Origin: Actinomycetales bacterium | GTDB lineage: Bacteria > Actinomycetota > Actinomycetes > JAJZTN01 | NCBI GenBank assembly: GCA_051960855.1 | Contig: JBQCDV010000207.1 | Span: 146 to 64,145, forward strand | Direction of reading: 5' to 3' | Length of the DNA: 64,000 nucleotides | Shown here: piece by piece, positions 47,090 through 54,520 of the stretch | Position numbering within the stretch: position 1 is the stretch's first letter | Layout of the letters: each line of letters opens with the position of its first letter | Position numbers and translations under genes: made by a program | Notes under the pieces: generated by a model | What the model saw: only the letters and a program-made list of their open reading frames with translations | Told to the model about the DNA's origin: nothing | The model's database searches: none

Positions 47090-47323
47090 ATGGCCGTGGA
47101 GGTCAAGATCGGCGTCCAGTACGCCCCGCGCGAGATCGTCATCGAGAGCACCCAGTCCTCCGAGGAGGTGGCCGGGCTCGTGCAGCAGGCCTTCGAGGGC
47201 AGCGCGAAGGTGCTCTCCCTGACCGATGACAAGGGCCGTCAGGTGATCGTGCCGACGGACAAGCTGGCTTACGTGGAGATCGGCGAGCCCGAGGTGCGCC
47301 GCGTCGGGTTCGGCACCCTCTAG
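47090..47323 (+). CDS. DUF3107 domain protein (TB9.4-like)
   Basis: 77 aa (MAVEVKIGVQYAPREIVIEST...). It is conserved next to the TetR gene in actinobacteria. Confidence 0.7.
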   Translation: MAVEVKIGVQYAPREIVIESTQSSEEVAGLVQQAFEGSAKVLSLTDDKGRQVIVPTDKLAYVEIGEPEVRRVGFGTL

Positions 47324-47343
47324 CCCGACCCGACCCGTGCCAG

Positions 47344-47373
47344 CGCCGGCTCCGGTACGACCCGGAGCCGGCG
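47344..47373 (+). terminator. Terminator-like hairpin after the DUF3107 gene (CGCCGGCTCCGG-TACGA-CCGGAGCCGGCG, then GGTCGTTTCTCGG)
   Basis: Direct reading shows a 12-13-bp perfect stem with a U-rich tail. Confidence 0.5.
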
Positions 47374-47467
47374 CGGTCGTTTCTCGGCGATCACTCTGGG
47401 GCACACCCTCCGGCGGAGGGCGGTAACACCCGCATCGGGTGCCCGCAAGCGCACAAAGGAGGCTTCC

Positions 47468-47731
47468 GTGTCCATCATTGGACTGATCATCGCCGGCATC
47501 ATCATCGGCGCCCTGGGTCGTCTGGTCGTGCCCGGCCGTCAGGCGATGGGCTGGATCCTGACCATCGTCCTCGGCATCGTCGGGACGCTCATCGGCTGGT
47601 GGATCGCCGGCGCGCTGGGGGTCCAGAGCACCAACGGCATCGACTGGATCCGTTGGATCATCAGCATCGTCGTCGCCGCGATCCTCGTGGCGATCGCTGC
47701 CGGTGCGACGAGCGGCCGCTCGCGCGTCTGA
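47468..47731 (+). CDS. GlsB/YeaQ/YmgE family stress-response membrane protein
   Basis: 87 aa with three transmembrane helices and glycine-zipper-like IIGALGRLVVPG. A ribosome-binding site AAAGGAGG lies upstream. Confidence 0.8.
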   Translation: MSIIGLIIAGIIIGALGRLVVPGRQAMGWILTIVLGIVGTLIGWWIAGALGVQSTNGIDWIRWIISIVVAAILVAIAAGATSGRSRV

Positions 47732-47783
47732 CCCAGCCGCTTGAGCGCCTGAGCAGCGGGCAGCACGCGGGACAAGCAGATCG

Positions 47784-47817
47784 ACGAACGGCGAGGAGCG
47801 TGCTCCTCGCCGTTCGT
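47784..47817. terminator. Strong, possibly bidirectional, terminator hairpin between glsB and the ferritin-like gene (15-bp perfect stem, 2-nt loop)
   Basis: ACGAACGGCGAGGAGC-GT-GCTCCTCGCCGTTCGT is followed by CGTCGGTGTG. Confidence 0.55.
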
Positions 47818-47900
47818 CGTCGGTGTGCGTCGTTCGGCTGTCGTCGGCTGTCGGTGCGCTCTCGTTCGGCTGTCGGTGCGACGTCGTTCGGTCGCTGCCT
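47817..47900. repeat. Degenerate about-22-bp tandem repeats (CTCGTTCGGCTGTCGGTGCG-like) between convergent genes
   Basis: Direct reading. The repeat unit resembles the 3' arm and tail of the adjacent terminator hairpin. Confidence 0.6.
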
Positions 47901-47914
47901 CTCGTGCAGTCGCG

Positions 47915-48586
47915 TCAGGCGCTGAGCCCGAGGCTGCTCATCCGCCGGGTGTGGTTCTCGGTCAGCCGGGCGAGCATCCGGCCGAACTCCGCGAGGTCAG
48001 CCCCGGGCCGCTCGACCCCGCCAACGAGCAGCGCCGCAAGGGCGTCGCGCTCGGCCGCGACCCGCTGGGCCTGGCTCAGCGCCTCCCCGACCAGCCGACG
48101 CCCCCACAGCGCCAGCCGTCCGGCAACCGTCGGCTGGGCGGCGATCGCCCGCCGGACGGCGTCGACGACGAACTCGGCATGACCGGTGTTGGCGAGCACC
48201 TCCAGCACGATGGCGCGGCTGTCCTCGTCGAGCCATTGCGCGACCTCGCGGTAGAAGTCCACGGCTATGCCGTCGCCGACGTAGGCCTTGACCAGACCCT
48301 CGAGCCAGTCCGCCGGCTTCGTGCGGTCGTGGAACGCGTCGATCGCCGGCACGAACGGGTCCATCGCCGCCTCCGCCGACGTCCCCTGCGACTCCAGCAG
48401 GTCCACCAGCCGCTGGTAGTGGCTGAACTCCGCGACCGCCATGCGCGCGAGCGCGGCCTTGTCGGCGATCGTCGGCGCCAGCGTCGAGTCCTGCGACAGC
48501 CGCTCGAAAGCCATGAGCTCGCCGTAGGCCAAGGCGCCGAGCAGGTCGACGAGGGCGGCGCGGTAGTCGGGGTCGTCGTCGGCCAC
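47915..48586 (-). CDS. Ferritin-like domain protein
   Basis: The four-helix-bundle heptad pattern and conserved E/H positions resemble the ferritin-like superfamily. The GTG at 48586 has a GGAGG ribosome-binding site. Confidence 0.6.
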   Translation of the reverse strand: MADDDPDYRAALVDLLGALAYGELMAFERLSQDSTLAPTIADKAALARMAVAEFSHYQRLVDLLESQGTSAEAAMDPFVPAIDAFHDRTKPADWLEGLVKAYVGDGIAVDFYREVAQWLDEDSRAIVLEVLANTGHAEFVVDAVRRAIAAQPTVAGRLALWGRRLVGEALSQAQRVAAERDALAALLVGGVERPGADLAEFGRMLARLTENHTRRMSSLGLSA

Positions 48587-48642
48587 GGATCCTCCAGCTG
48601 CTCGGTCGCGGGATGCGCGCGTGATCGCCGCTAGACTAGGGG

Positions 48643-50469
48643 TTGACAGGATGCCCGGTCGGAGCCCCGATCGGCTCCCACCCATCCATCGCAGGTGCGG
48701 CCCTACGCGCTGTGGCGAGTGACGCCAGCGCTGCCCCTGCACGAACGACAGAAGAGGCGATCTCTCTGACCTCCGTTTCCGACCTTCCCCTGGCCGAGCC
48801 CACCCTGACGGTCGAGACGGGTGCGGCCACCCCCGACGGCGCCGCGTCCGACAGCCATGCCGCAGCGGCCGCTCCGACGTTCGAGGAGCTCGACGTCCAC
48901 CCGGCCATCGTGCAGGCCCTGTCGGCCGCGGGCATCACCCACGCTTTCCCCATCCAGGCGATGACCCTGCCGGTCGCGCTGTCAGGCAGCGACATCATCG
49001 GCCAGGCCAAGACCGGCACGGGCAAGACCCTCGGCTTCGGGATCCCGCTGCTGCAGCGCGTGATGGACGCGGTCGACGCGACGGGCGCGACCAAGACGAA
49101 GACCCCGCGCGCGCTGGTTGTGGTCCCCACTCGCGAGCTGTGCGTGCAGGTCACCCGCGACCTCGAGCTCGCGGGCCGCGAGCGCGACGTGACCGTGCTG
49201 TCCGTCTACGGCGGCCGCGCCTACGAGCCGCAGATCGAGGCGCTGCGTCGCGGCGTCGACGTCGTCGTCGGGACTCCGGGACGACTCCTCGACCTCGCGC
49301 AGCAGCGCCACCTCGACCTGTCCGGTGTCCGGACCCTCGTCCTCGACGAGGCCGACGAGATGCTCGACCTCGGCTTCCTGCCCGACGTCGAGCGCATCGT
49401 CGCCCAGGTCCCCGCGGAGCGCCAGACCATGCTCTTCTCGGCCACCATGCCCGGTCAGGTCGTCGCGCTGGCGCGGCGCTACATGTCCCGCCCCACGCAC
49501 ATCCGGGCCGTCGACCACAGCACCGGCACGACCGCGGACAACGTCGAGCAGCACGTCTTCCGCGCCCACGCGATGGACAAGACGCAGATGCTCGCGCGCC
49601 TCCTGCAGGCCGAGGGTCGCGGACTGGCGATGATCTTCGCGCGCACCAAGCGCACCGTCGCGAAGGTGGCCGAGGACCTTACCGAGCGCGGCTTCGCCGT
49701 CGCCGCCGTCCACGGCGACCTGGGTCAGGGCGCGCGTGAGCAGGCACTGCGGGCGTTCCGCTCCGGCAAGGTCGACGTGCTCGTCGCCACCGACGTCGCG
49801 GCCCGCGGCATCGACGTCGAAGGCGTCACCCACGTCATCAACTACCAGTGCCCGGAGGACGAGAAGGTCTACCTGCACCGCATCGGGCGCACCGCCCGCG
49901 CGGGCCGCTCCGGGGTGGCCGTCACGTTTGTCGACTGGGACGAGCTGCCCCGCTGGTCGCTGATCAACAAGGCGCTCGGCCTCGACTTCGCCGAGGTACC
50001 GGAGACCTACTCGACCTCCCCACACTTCCTCGCGGCCCTCGGCATCGACCCTGGCACCAAGGGCGTCCTCCCCCGCGCTGAGCGCACCCGCGCCGGCCTG
50101 GCCGCTGAGGAGATCGAAGACCTCGGCGAGACCGGCAAGTCGCACGGCTCGGGTGGCACGAAGAGCCGTCGCACGGGACGGGGCCCGTCGGCCGGCAGTG
50201 GCAATGGCAGTGGCAATGGCGACGGTGGGGCAGCCGACGACGGCGACTCGCCCCGTGGGCGCCGTTCGTCCCGGACTCGCCGGCGCACCCGCGGGGGCTC
50301 CGCTGTCAGCGGTGACGCTCCCGCGAGCACAGTGGACGCGACCCCGGACGGGAGCGGCGACTCGGCCGCGAGTGGCGAGCGGGCTTCCGCTGGTTCGAGC
50401 GACGCGGAGGGCGCAGCGCCTCGGCGCCGCCGTCGCCGCTCGCGCGGTTCAGGGGCGGGCGAGGCATGA
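48643..50469 (+). CDS. rhlE: DEAD-box ATP-dependent RNA helicase (RhlE-like) with RG/S-rich C-terminal tail
   Basis: Q-motif (TFEELDVHPAIVQAL...FPIQ), AKTGTGKT, DEAD, SAT and HRIGRTARAG are all present. The start is uncertain: it could be the ATG at 48643 or an in-frame GTG near 48712. Confidence 0.8.
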   Translation: MTGCPVGAPIGSHPSIAGAALRAVASDASAAPARTTEEAISLTSVSDLPLAEPTLTVETGAATPDGAASDSHAAAAAPTFEELDVHPAIVQALSAAGITHAFPIQAMTLPVALSGSDIIGQAKTGTGKTLGFGIPLLQRVMDAVDATGATKTKTPRALVVVPTRELCVQVTRDLELAGRERDVTVLSVYGGRAYEPQIEALRRGVDVVVGTPGRLLDLAQQRHLDLSGVRTLVLDEADEMLDLGFLPDVERIVAQVPAERQTMLFSATMPGQVVALARRYMSRPTHIRAVDHSTGTTADNVEQHVFRAHAMDKTQMLARLLQAEGRGLAMIFARTKRTVAKVAEDLTERGFAVAAVHGDLGQGAREQALRAFRSGKVDVLVATDVAARGIDVEGVTHVINYQCPEDEKVYLHRIGRTARAGRSGVAVTFVDWDELPRWSLINKALGLDFAEVPETYSTSPHFLAALGIDPGTKGVLPRAERTRAGLAAEEIEDLGETGKSHGSGGTKSRRTGRGPSAGSGNGSGNGDGGAADDGDSPRGRRSSRTRRRTRGGSAVSGDAPASTVDATPDGSGDSAASGERASAGSSDAEGAAPRRRRRRSRGSGAGEA

Positions 50470-51347
50470 GCCGACCGCCGTTCCTGTCGCTGCCCGCGCA
50501 GGCCGAGGCAACGACGTTCGAGACCGACCGCGGCCCGCGCGCCGGCTTCCTCGCCACGCCCTCGGGTTCGGCGCGAGGCACGGTGCTGCTGGTGCCGGGG
50601 TTCACGGGCAGCAAGGAGGACTTCATCGCCGTCCTCGGGCCGCTGGCTGAGCGCGGCTGGCGGGTCGCCACCTACGACCAGGGCGGCCAGTATGAGAGCC
50701 CGCGGCTGCCCGAGGAGCGCTACTCGGCCGACGAGCTCGGTCTTGACGCCGTCGCGCTCGCCTCGGCGCTGCGCCAGTCCTACGGGACTCCGGTGCACCT
50801 GGTGGGCCACAGTTTCGGCGGCTTGGTGGCGCGGGCGGCGGTGCTGGCCGACGCGGAGCCGTTCGCCTCGTTGATGCTGCTGTGCACCGGCCCCGGTCCG
50901 GTGCCGCAGGTCCGGCACGAGGCGCTGCGCCAGCTCGTGGTCGCTCTCGACGCCGGGACTCCGCTGGAGCAGATCTTCGAGGTCGTGCTGCAGTTGGACG
51001 AGGCGGCCGGCGTCGCGCGTCCCGAGCCGGAGATCCTCGACTTCCTCCGCGAGCGCTACGTCGCCAACGACCCGGCGAACCTGCGCAGTCTGGCCGTGCA
51101 GCTGCTCGACACCGGCGACCGCACCGAGGAGCTGCGCAAGGTCCTCGACACCGCGGCGCTGCCAGCGTTCGCGGTGTTCGGCGAGCTCGATGATGCCTGG
51201 ACGCCGCAGGAGCAGCGGGAGACGGCGGCCGCGCTAGGCATTGACGCGGTGGAGATCCCCAGCGCGGGGCACTCGCCGGCGGCGGAGGTGCCGGAGGAGA
51301 CCGTCGAGGTCTGGGACCGGCTCTGGTCGAGCGTCGCTCCGCGCTGA
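50466..51347 (+). CDS. Alpha/beta hydrolase
   Basis: LVPGFTGS and the nucleophile elbow GHSFGG are present. An ATGA overlap links it to the rhlE stop. Confidence 0.7.
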   Translation: MSRPPFLSLPAQAEATTFETDRGPRAGFLATPSGSARGTVLLVPGFTGSKEDFIAVLGPLAERGWRVATYDQGGQYESPRLPEERYSADELGLDAVALASALRQSYGTPVHLVGHSFGGLVARAAVLADAEPFASLMLLCTGPGPVPQVRHEALRQLVVALDAGTPLEQIFEVVLQLDEAAGVARPEPEILDFLRERYVANDPANLRSLAVQLLDTGDRTEELRKVLDTAALPAFAVFGELDDAWTPQEQRETAAALGIDAVEIPSAGHSPAAEVPEETVEVWDRLWSSVAPR

Positions 51348-51392
51348 CACCGCCCGCGACTGCCGCCCGAGCCGGTGCTGACGGGGGCTCGA

Positions 51393-51695
51393 TCAGTCCT
51401 CGGGAAGCGCGAGCACGCGAGCGTGGATGGCCGTGCGCTGTCGCAGCGCCGCCCGGAGGGCGCGGTGCAGCCCGTCCTCCAGGTAGAGCGTGCCTCGCCA
51501 TGCCACCACGTGCGCGAACAGGTCCCCGTAGAACGTGGAGTCTTCGGCGAGCAGCGTCTCGAGGTCCAGTGAGCGCTTGGTCGTGACCAGCTCGTCGAGG
51601 CGCACCTGGCGCGGCGGGATCTCGGCCCAGTCCCGGGTGGTGACAAACCGGTGCTCGGGATAGGGACGACCGTCGCCGACCGACCGGAAGATCAC
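51393..51695 (-). CDS. Hypothetical protein
   Basis: 100 aa from a GTG at 51695, with the ribosome-binding site GAGGTGAGG upstream. No domain was recognised. Confidence 0.45.
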   Translation of the reverse strand: MIFRSVGDGRPYPEHRFVTTRDWAEIPPRQVRLDELVTTKRSLDLETLLAEDSTFYGDLFAHVVAWRGTLYLEDGLHRALRAALRQRTAIHARVLALPED

Positions 51696-51768
51696 TGCCT
51701 CACCTCGCCCACGCGTCCAGCCTAGAAGGTCCACTCGCTCTGCTCCGGGGCGCCCGCTGCCTCGCCGC

Positions 51769-52383
51769 TCAGCTGGTGGCGATGAACGCGCGGACGGCAT
51801 CGACCACGAGCTGCACGGCGATGGCCGACAGCAGCAGCCCGGAGATCCGCGTGACCAGCGTGACGCCGCCCTCTTTGATCAACGTGATGATGCCGACGCT
51901 GTAGCGCAGGGCCAACCACAGCACCAGGTGCAGGGCGACGATCCCGAGGGCCAGGGCGAGCGCCGACCAGGGCCCGTCGACCCGCTGGACGAAGACGATG
52001 GTGGCCGCGATCGCGCCGGGACCTGCCAGCAGCGGGGTGCCGAGCGGCACCAGCGCAACGTTGACGTTCGCGGTCTCGGTGGGCTGGTCGGCGCGACCCG
52101 TGAGCAGCTCCAGCGCGACGAGGAGCAGCAGCAGGCCGCCGGCGCACTGCAGCGAGGGCAGGGTGATGCCCAGGTAGCGCAGGATCGTCTGCCCAAAGAG
52201 CGCGAACACCGTGATCACCAGGAACGAGACGGTCACCGCCTGCGACGACAGCCGCCGCCGCACCTTGCGGGAGCGACCGCTGGTGAGGCTCAGGAACAGC
52301 GGCACCGTGCCCACCGGGTCGACGATCACGAACAGCGTCACAAAGACCTCGATCGCGAAGCGGCCGGCCTCCGCGACCGTCAC
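51769..52383 (-). CDS. MarC family (UPF0056) membrane protein
   Basis: About 200 aa with six transmembrane helices and an N-terminus typical of MarC/NAAT (FVTLFVIVDPVGTVPLFLSLT). Confidence 0.8.
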   Translation of the reverse strand: MTVAEAGRFAIEVFVTLFVIVDPVGTVPLFLSLTSGRSRKVRRRLSSQAVTVSFLVITVFALFGQTILRYLGITLPSLQCAGGLLLLLVALELLTGRADQPTETANVNVALVPLGTPLLAGPGAIAATIVFVQRVDGPWSALALALGIVALHLVLWLALRYSVGIITLIKEGGVTLVTRISGLLLSAIAVQLVVDAVRAFIATS

Positions 52384-53255
52384 CGGCCCGCCTCCTCGGG
52401 CAGGGGACCCACCTTCCCGAACGGCGCCCGCACCCGTGCGCGCAGCTCGGCCAGGCTGGCCGCCGTTGTGCCGTCGGCCGCCAGCGCCGTCGTCTTGCCG
52501 GTGCCGTGGTAGTCGCTGCCGCCTGTCGTGATCAGCCCGAGCTGCTCGGCCCGCTCTCGCAGCTGCGCCCGGGTCGCGGCATCGTGCTCCGGATGGTCGA
52601 CCTCGACGCCGTCCAGCCCCTCGTCTGCCAGCTGGGCGAGCAGCTCGTCGGGGACGCCCTTGCGGCCTCGGGGGTGGGCGACCACGGCGACTCCGCCGGC
52701 GGCGTGCACGAGCCGGAGGGCCTCGGACGGGTCGAGGGCCACGTGCCCGATGTAGTAGGGCGAGTCGTCGTGGAGCACGTCGGCGAAGGCCGCGGCCCGG
52801 TCGGGGAAGGCCCCGTTGTCGACGAGGACGTCTGCGAGGTGCGGCCGGCCGAGGGACGCAGCCTCAGCGGCCTTGTCCAGCACCTGCTGGAGGGTGATCG
52901 GATAGCCGTCGCCCGCCAGCCGGCGCACCATCTCCCTGGCCCGCGGCAGACGATCGTCCCTCAGACCGGCCATCGCCTCGCGCAGCTGCTCGTCAGCCGG
53001 GTCGAAGCCGTAGGCGAGCAAGTGCAGCTGCCGCCGCTCCCCCTGGTGGGCGAAGACGCAACTGAGCTCGGCGCCCGGCAGCAGGTCGAGGTGGAGCTGC
53101 GCTGCCTCGGCGGCGGCCTCCGCCCATCCGGCCCCGCTGTCGTGGTCGGTCAGGCCCAGCGTGGTCACACCGGCGGCGGCGGCCGCCCGCACGAGGTCAG
53201 CGGGAGTGTCGGTGCCGTCGGAGACCGTCGAGTGCGTGTGCAGGTCGATGGTCAC
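52380..53255 (-). CDS. PHP domain-containing protein (metal-dependent phosphoesterase)
   Basis: N-terminal IDLHTHSTVSDGT and C-terminal GGSDYHG are present. Confidence 0.8.
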   Translation of the reverse strand: MTIDLHTHSTVSDGTDTPADLVRAAAAAGVTTLGLTDHDSGAGWAEAAAEAAQLHLDLLPGAELSCVFAHQGERRQLHLLAYGFDPADEQLREAMAGLRDDRLPRAREMVRRLAGDGYPITLQQVLDKAAEAASLGRPHLADVLVDNGAFPDRAAAFADVLHDDSPYYIGHVALDPSEALRLVHAAGGVAVVAHPRGRKGVPDELLAQLADEGLDGVEVDHPEHDAATRAQLRERAEQLGLITTGGSDYHGTGKTTALAADGTTAASLAELRARVRAPFGKVGPLPEEAGR

Positions 53256-53294
53256 ACAGTCACGATATTGCCTGCGACAGATCAGCCACCGCGG

Positions 53295-53948
53295 TCAGGC
53301 AGGGCCCAGGGCGGCGGTGAGCCGCGGCGAGGGCGCTCCGACCGGGACCTCCCTCACCACGTCGGCGCTGCCGTCCCGCAGGTCGCTGAGGACGAGCTCC
53401 TCGACCAGCAGGACGCCCGCCGTGGCCGGCCAGAGCACGGCCCACAGCCAGTGCCCGAGGGCCTCACCGACGAAGACCGCGCGATCGGCCGGAGCCTCCA
53501 GGCACCACAGCGACGTCGGGTGGCCGGCGGCGTGCACCTTGGCGTGGGGAGGTGTGCTGTCGGGGATGCCGCCGCCATCGATACCGGCCAGGCCGCCGAG
53601 CCGTGCCCCCACGCCGACACCGGGTTCCTCCGCGACCACGACCATCTCGCCGAGACCATCGCCGAGGGGCGCCGGACCCGACAGTCCGAGGACCACCGCC
53701 CGGTGACCGGTGCGGTCGTCGCCGACGGTGGCAGTGCCGGTCAGCAGCCACCCCCGTGGCAGCGGCCACGGCAGCCACACGGGGACGGCCGCACGCCGCA
53801 CGACCTCGCCGAGCAGCTCGGCACTGGCCCGGGGCGCCACCCGCAGCGGTGCGACGCTGCCGTGGGAGGCGCACATCCAGGAACTCGACCAGAGACCAGG
53901 CGCCCGCAGAGCCGACCCGCAGCGCGGACAGCTCGGAGCGTCCTTCAT
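53295..53948 (-). CDS. Conserved actinobacterial protein with N-terminal zinc ribbon (DUF6758-like)
   Basis: CPRCGSAL...C.SHG at the N-terminus. The ATG at 53948 has an AGGAGG ribosome-binding site. The family assignment is tentative. Confidence 0.55.
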   Translation of the reverse strand: MKDAPSCPRCGSALRAPGLWSSSWMCASHGSVAPLRVAPRASAELLGEVVRRAAVPVWLPWPLPRGWLLTGTATVGDDRTGHRAVVLGLSGPAPLGDGLGEMVVVAEEPGVGVGARLGGLAGIDGGGIPDSTPPHAKVHAAGHPTSLWCLEAPADRAVFVGEALGHWLWAVLWPATAGVLLVEELVLSDLRDGSADVVREVPVGAPSPRLTAALGPA

Positions 53949-54060
53949 CTGCGCCTCCTGCCTCGTCGGCCACACCTCGGGCTCTGGCAACGGTCCCGCG
54001 CCGGGGTGGAGGCGTCAAGCCGCGCGCGAAGGGGCGCACCAGCGGTGCGAGAGTGGCAGC

Positions 54061-54507
54061 GTGCCGATTCCCCCTGGGCCGATTCCCCCTGGGCCGATTC
54101 TCCCTGGGCGGGTGCCCTGCGTGGGCGCCGTCGTCCACGACGACGAGCACCGCCTGCTCCTGGTACGCCGCGCCCATCCGCCGGAGGCGGGTCGCTGGAG
54201 CCTGCCCGGCGGCCGCGTCGAGGCCGGCGAGGACGACGTCGCAGCGGTGCGGCGCGAGGTGCTGGAGGAGACCGGCCTGCACGTCACCGTTGGTCAGCAT
54301 TTGGGCACGGTGCAGCGCTACGGCCCGGGCGGCGAGATCTACGACATCCGCGACTACGTCTGTCTGCTCGCCGTGCCCGGCACGTCACCGCTCGCCGGCG
54401 ACGACGCCGCTGAGGTCGGCTGGTTCAGCCGACGCCAACTGGAGGAGACGGAGCTGGTCAGCGAGCTCTACGAGACGCTGCAGCTGTGGGGGCTGCTCCC
54501 CCGCTGA
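54061..54507 (+). CDS. NUDIX hydrolase with N-terminal (PIPPG)3 repeat
   Basis: Nudix box GGRVEAGEDDVAAVRREVLEETGL. The start could be GTG 54061, which includes the repeat, or GTG 54112, which excludes it. Confidence 0.7.
   Translation: MPIPPGPIPPGPILPGRVPCVGAVVHDDEHRLLLVRRAHPPEAGRWSLPGGRVEAGEDDVAAVRREVLEETGLHVTVGQHLGTVQRYGPGGEIYDIRDYVCLLAVPGTSPLAGDDAAEVGWFSRRQLEETELVSELYETLQLWGLLPR
54066..54110 (+). repeat. 3 tandem 15-bp repeats (GATTCCCCCTGGGCC) encoding PIPPG x3 at or upstream of the NUDIX start
   Basis: Direct reading. Confidence 0.85.
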
Positions 54508-54520
54508 GGGCGCCCCACCT

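Noticed and set aside
53710-54060. Upstream ATG start for the second NUDIX gene
   Set aside because: It would overlap the oppositely oriented DUF6758-like gene by about 240 nt. The GTG at 54061 or 54112 is preferred.
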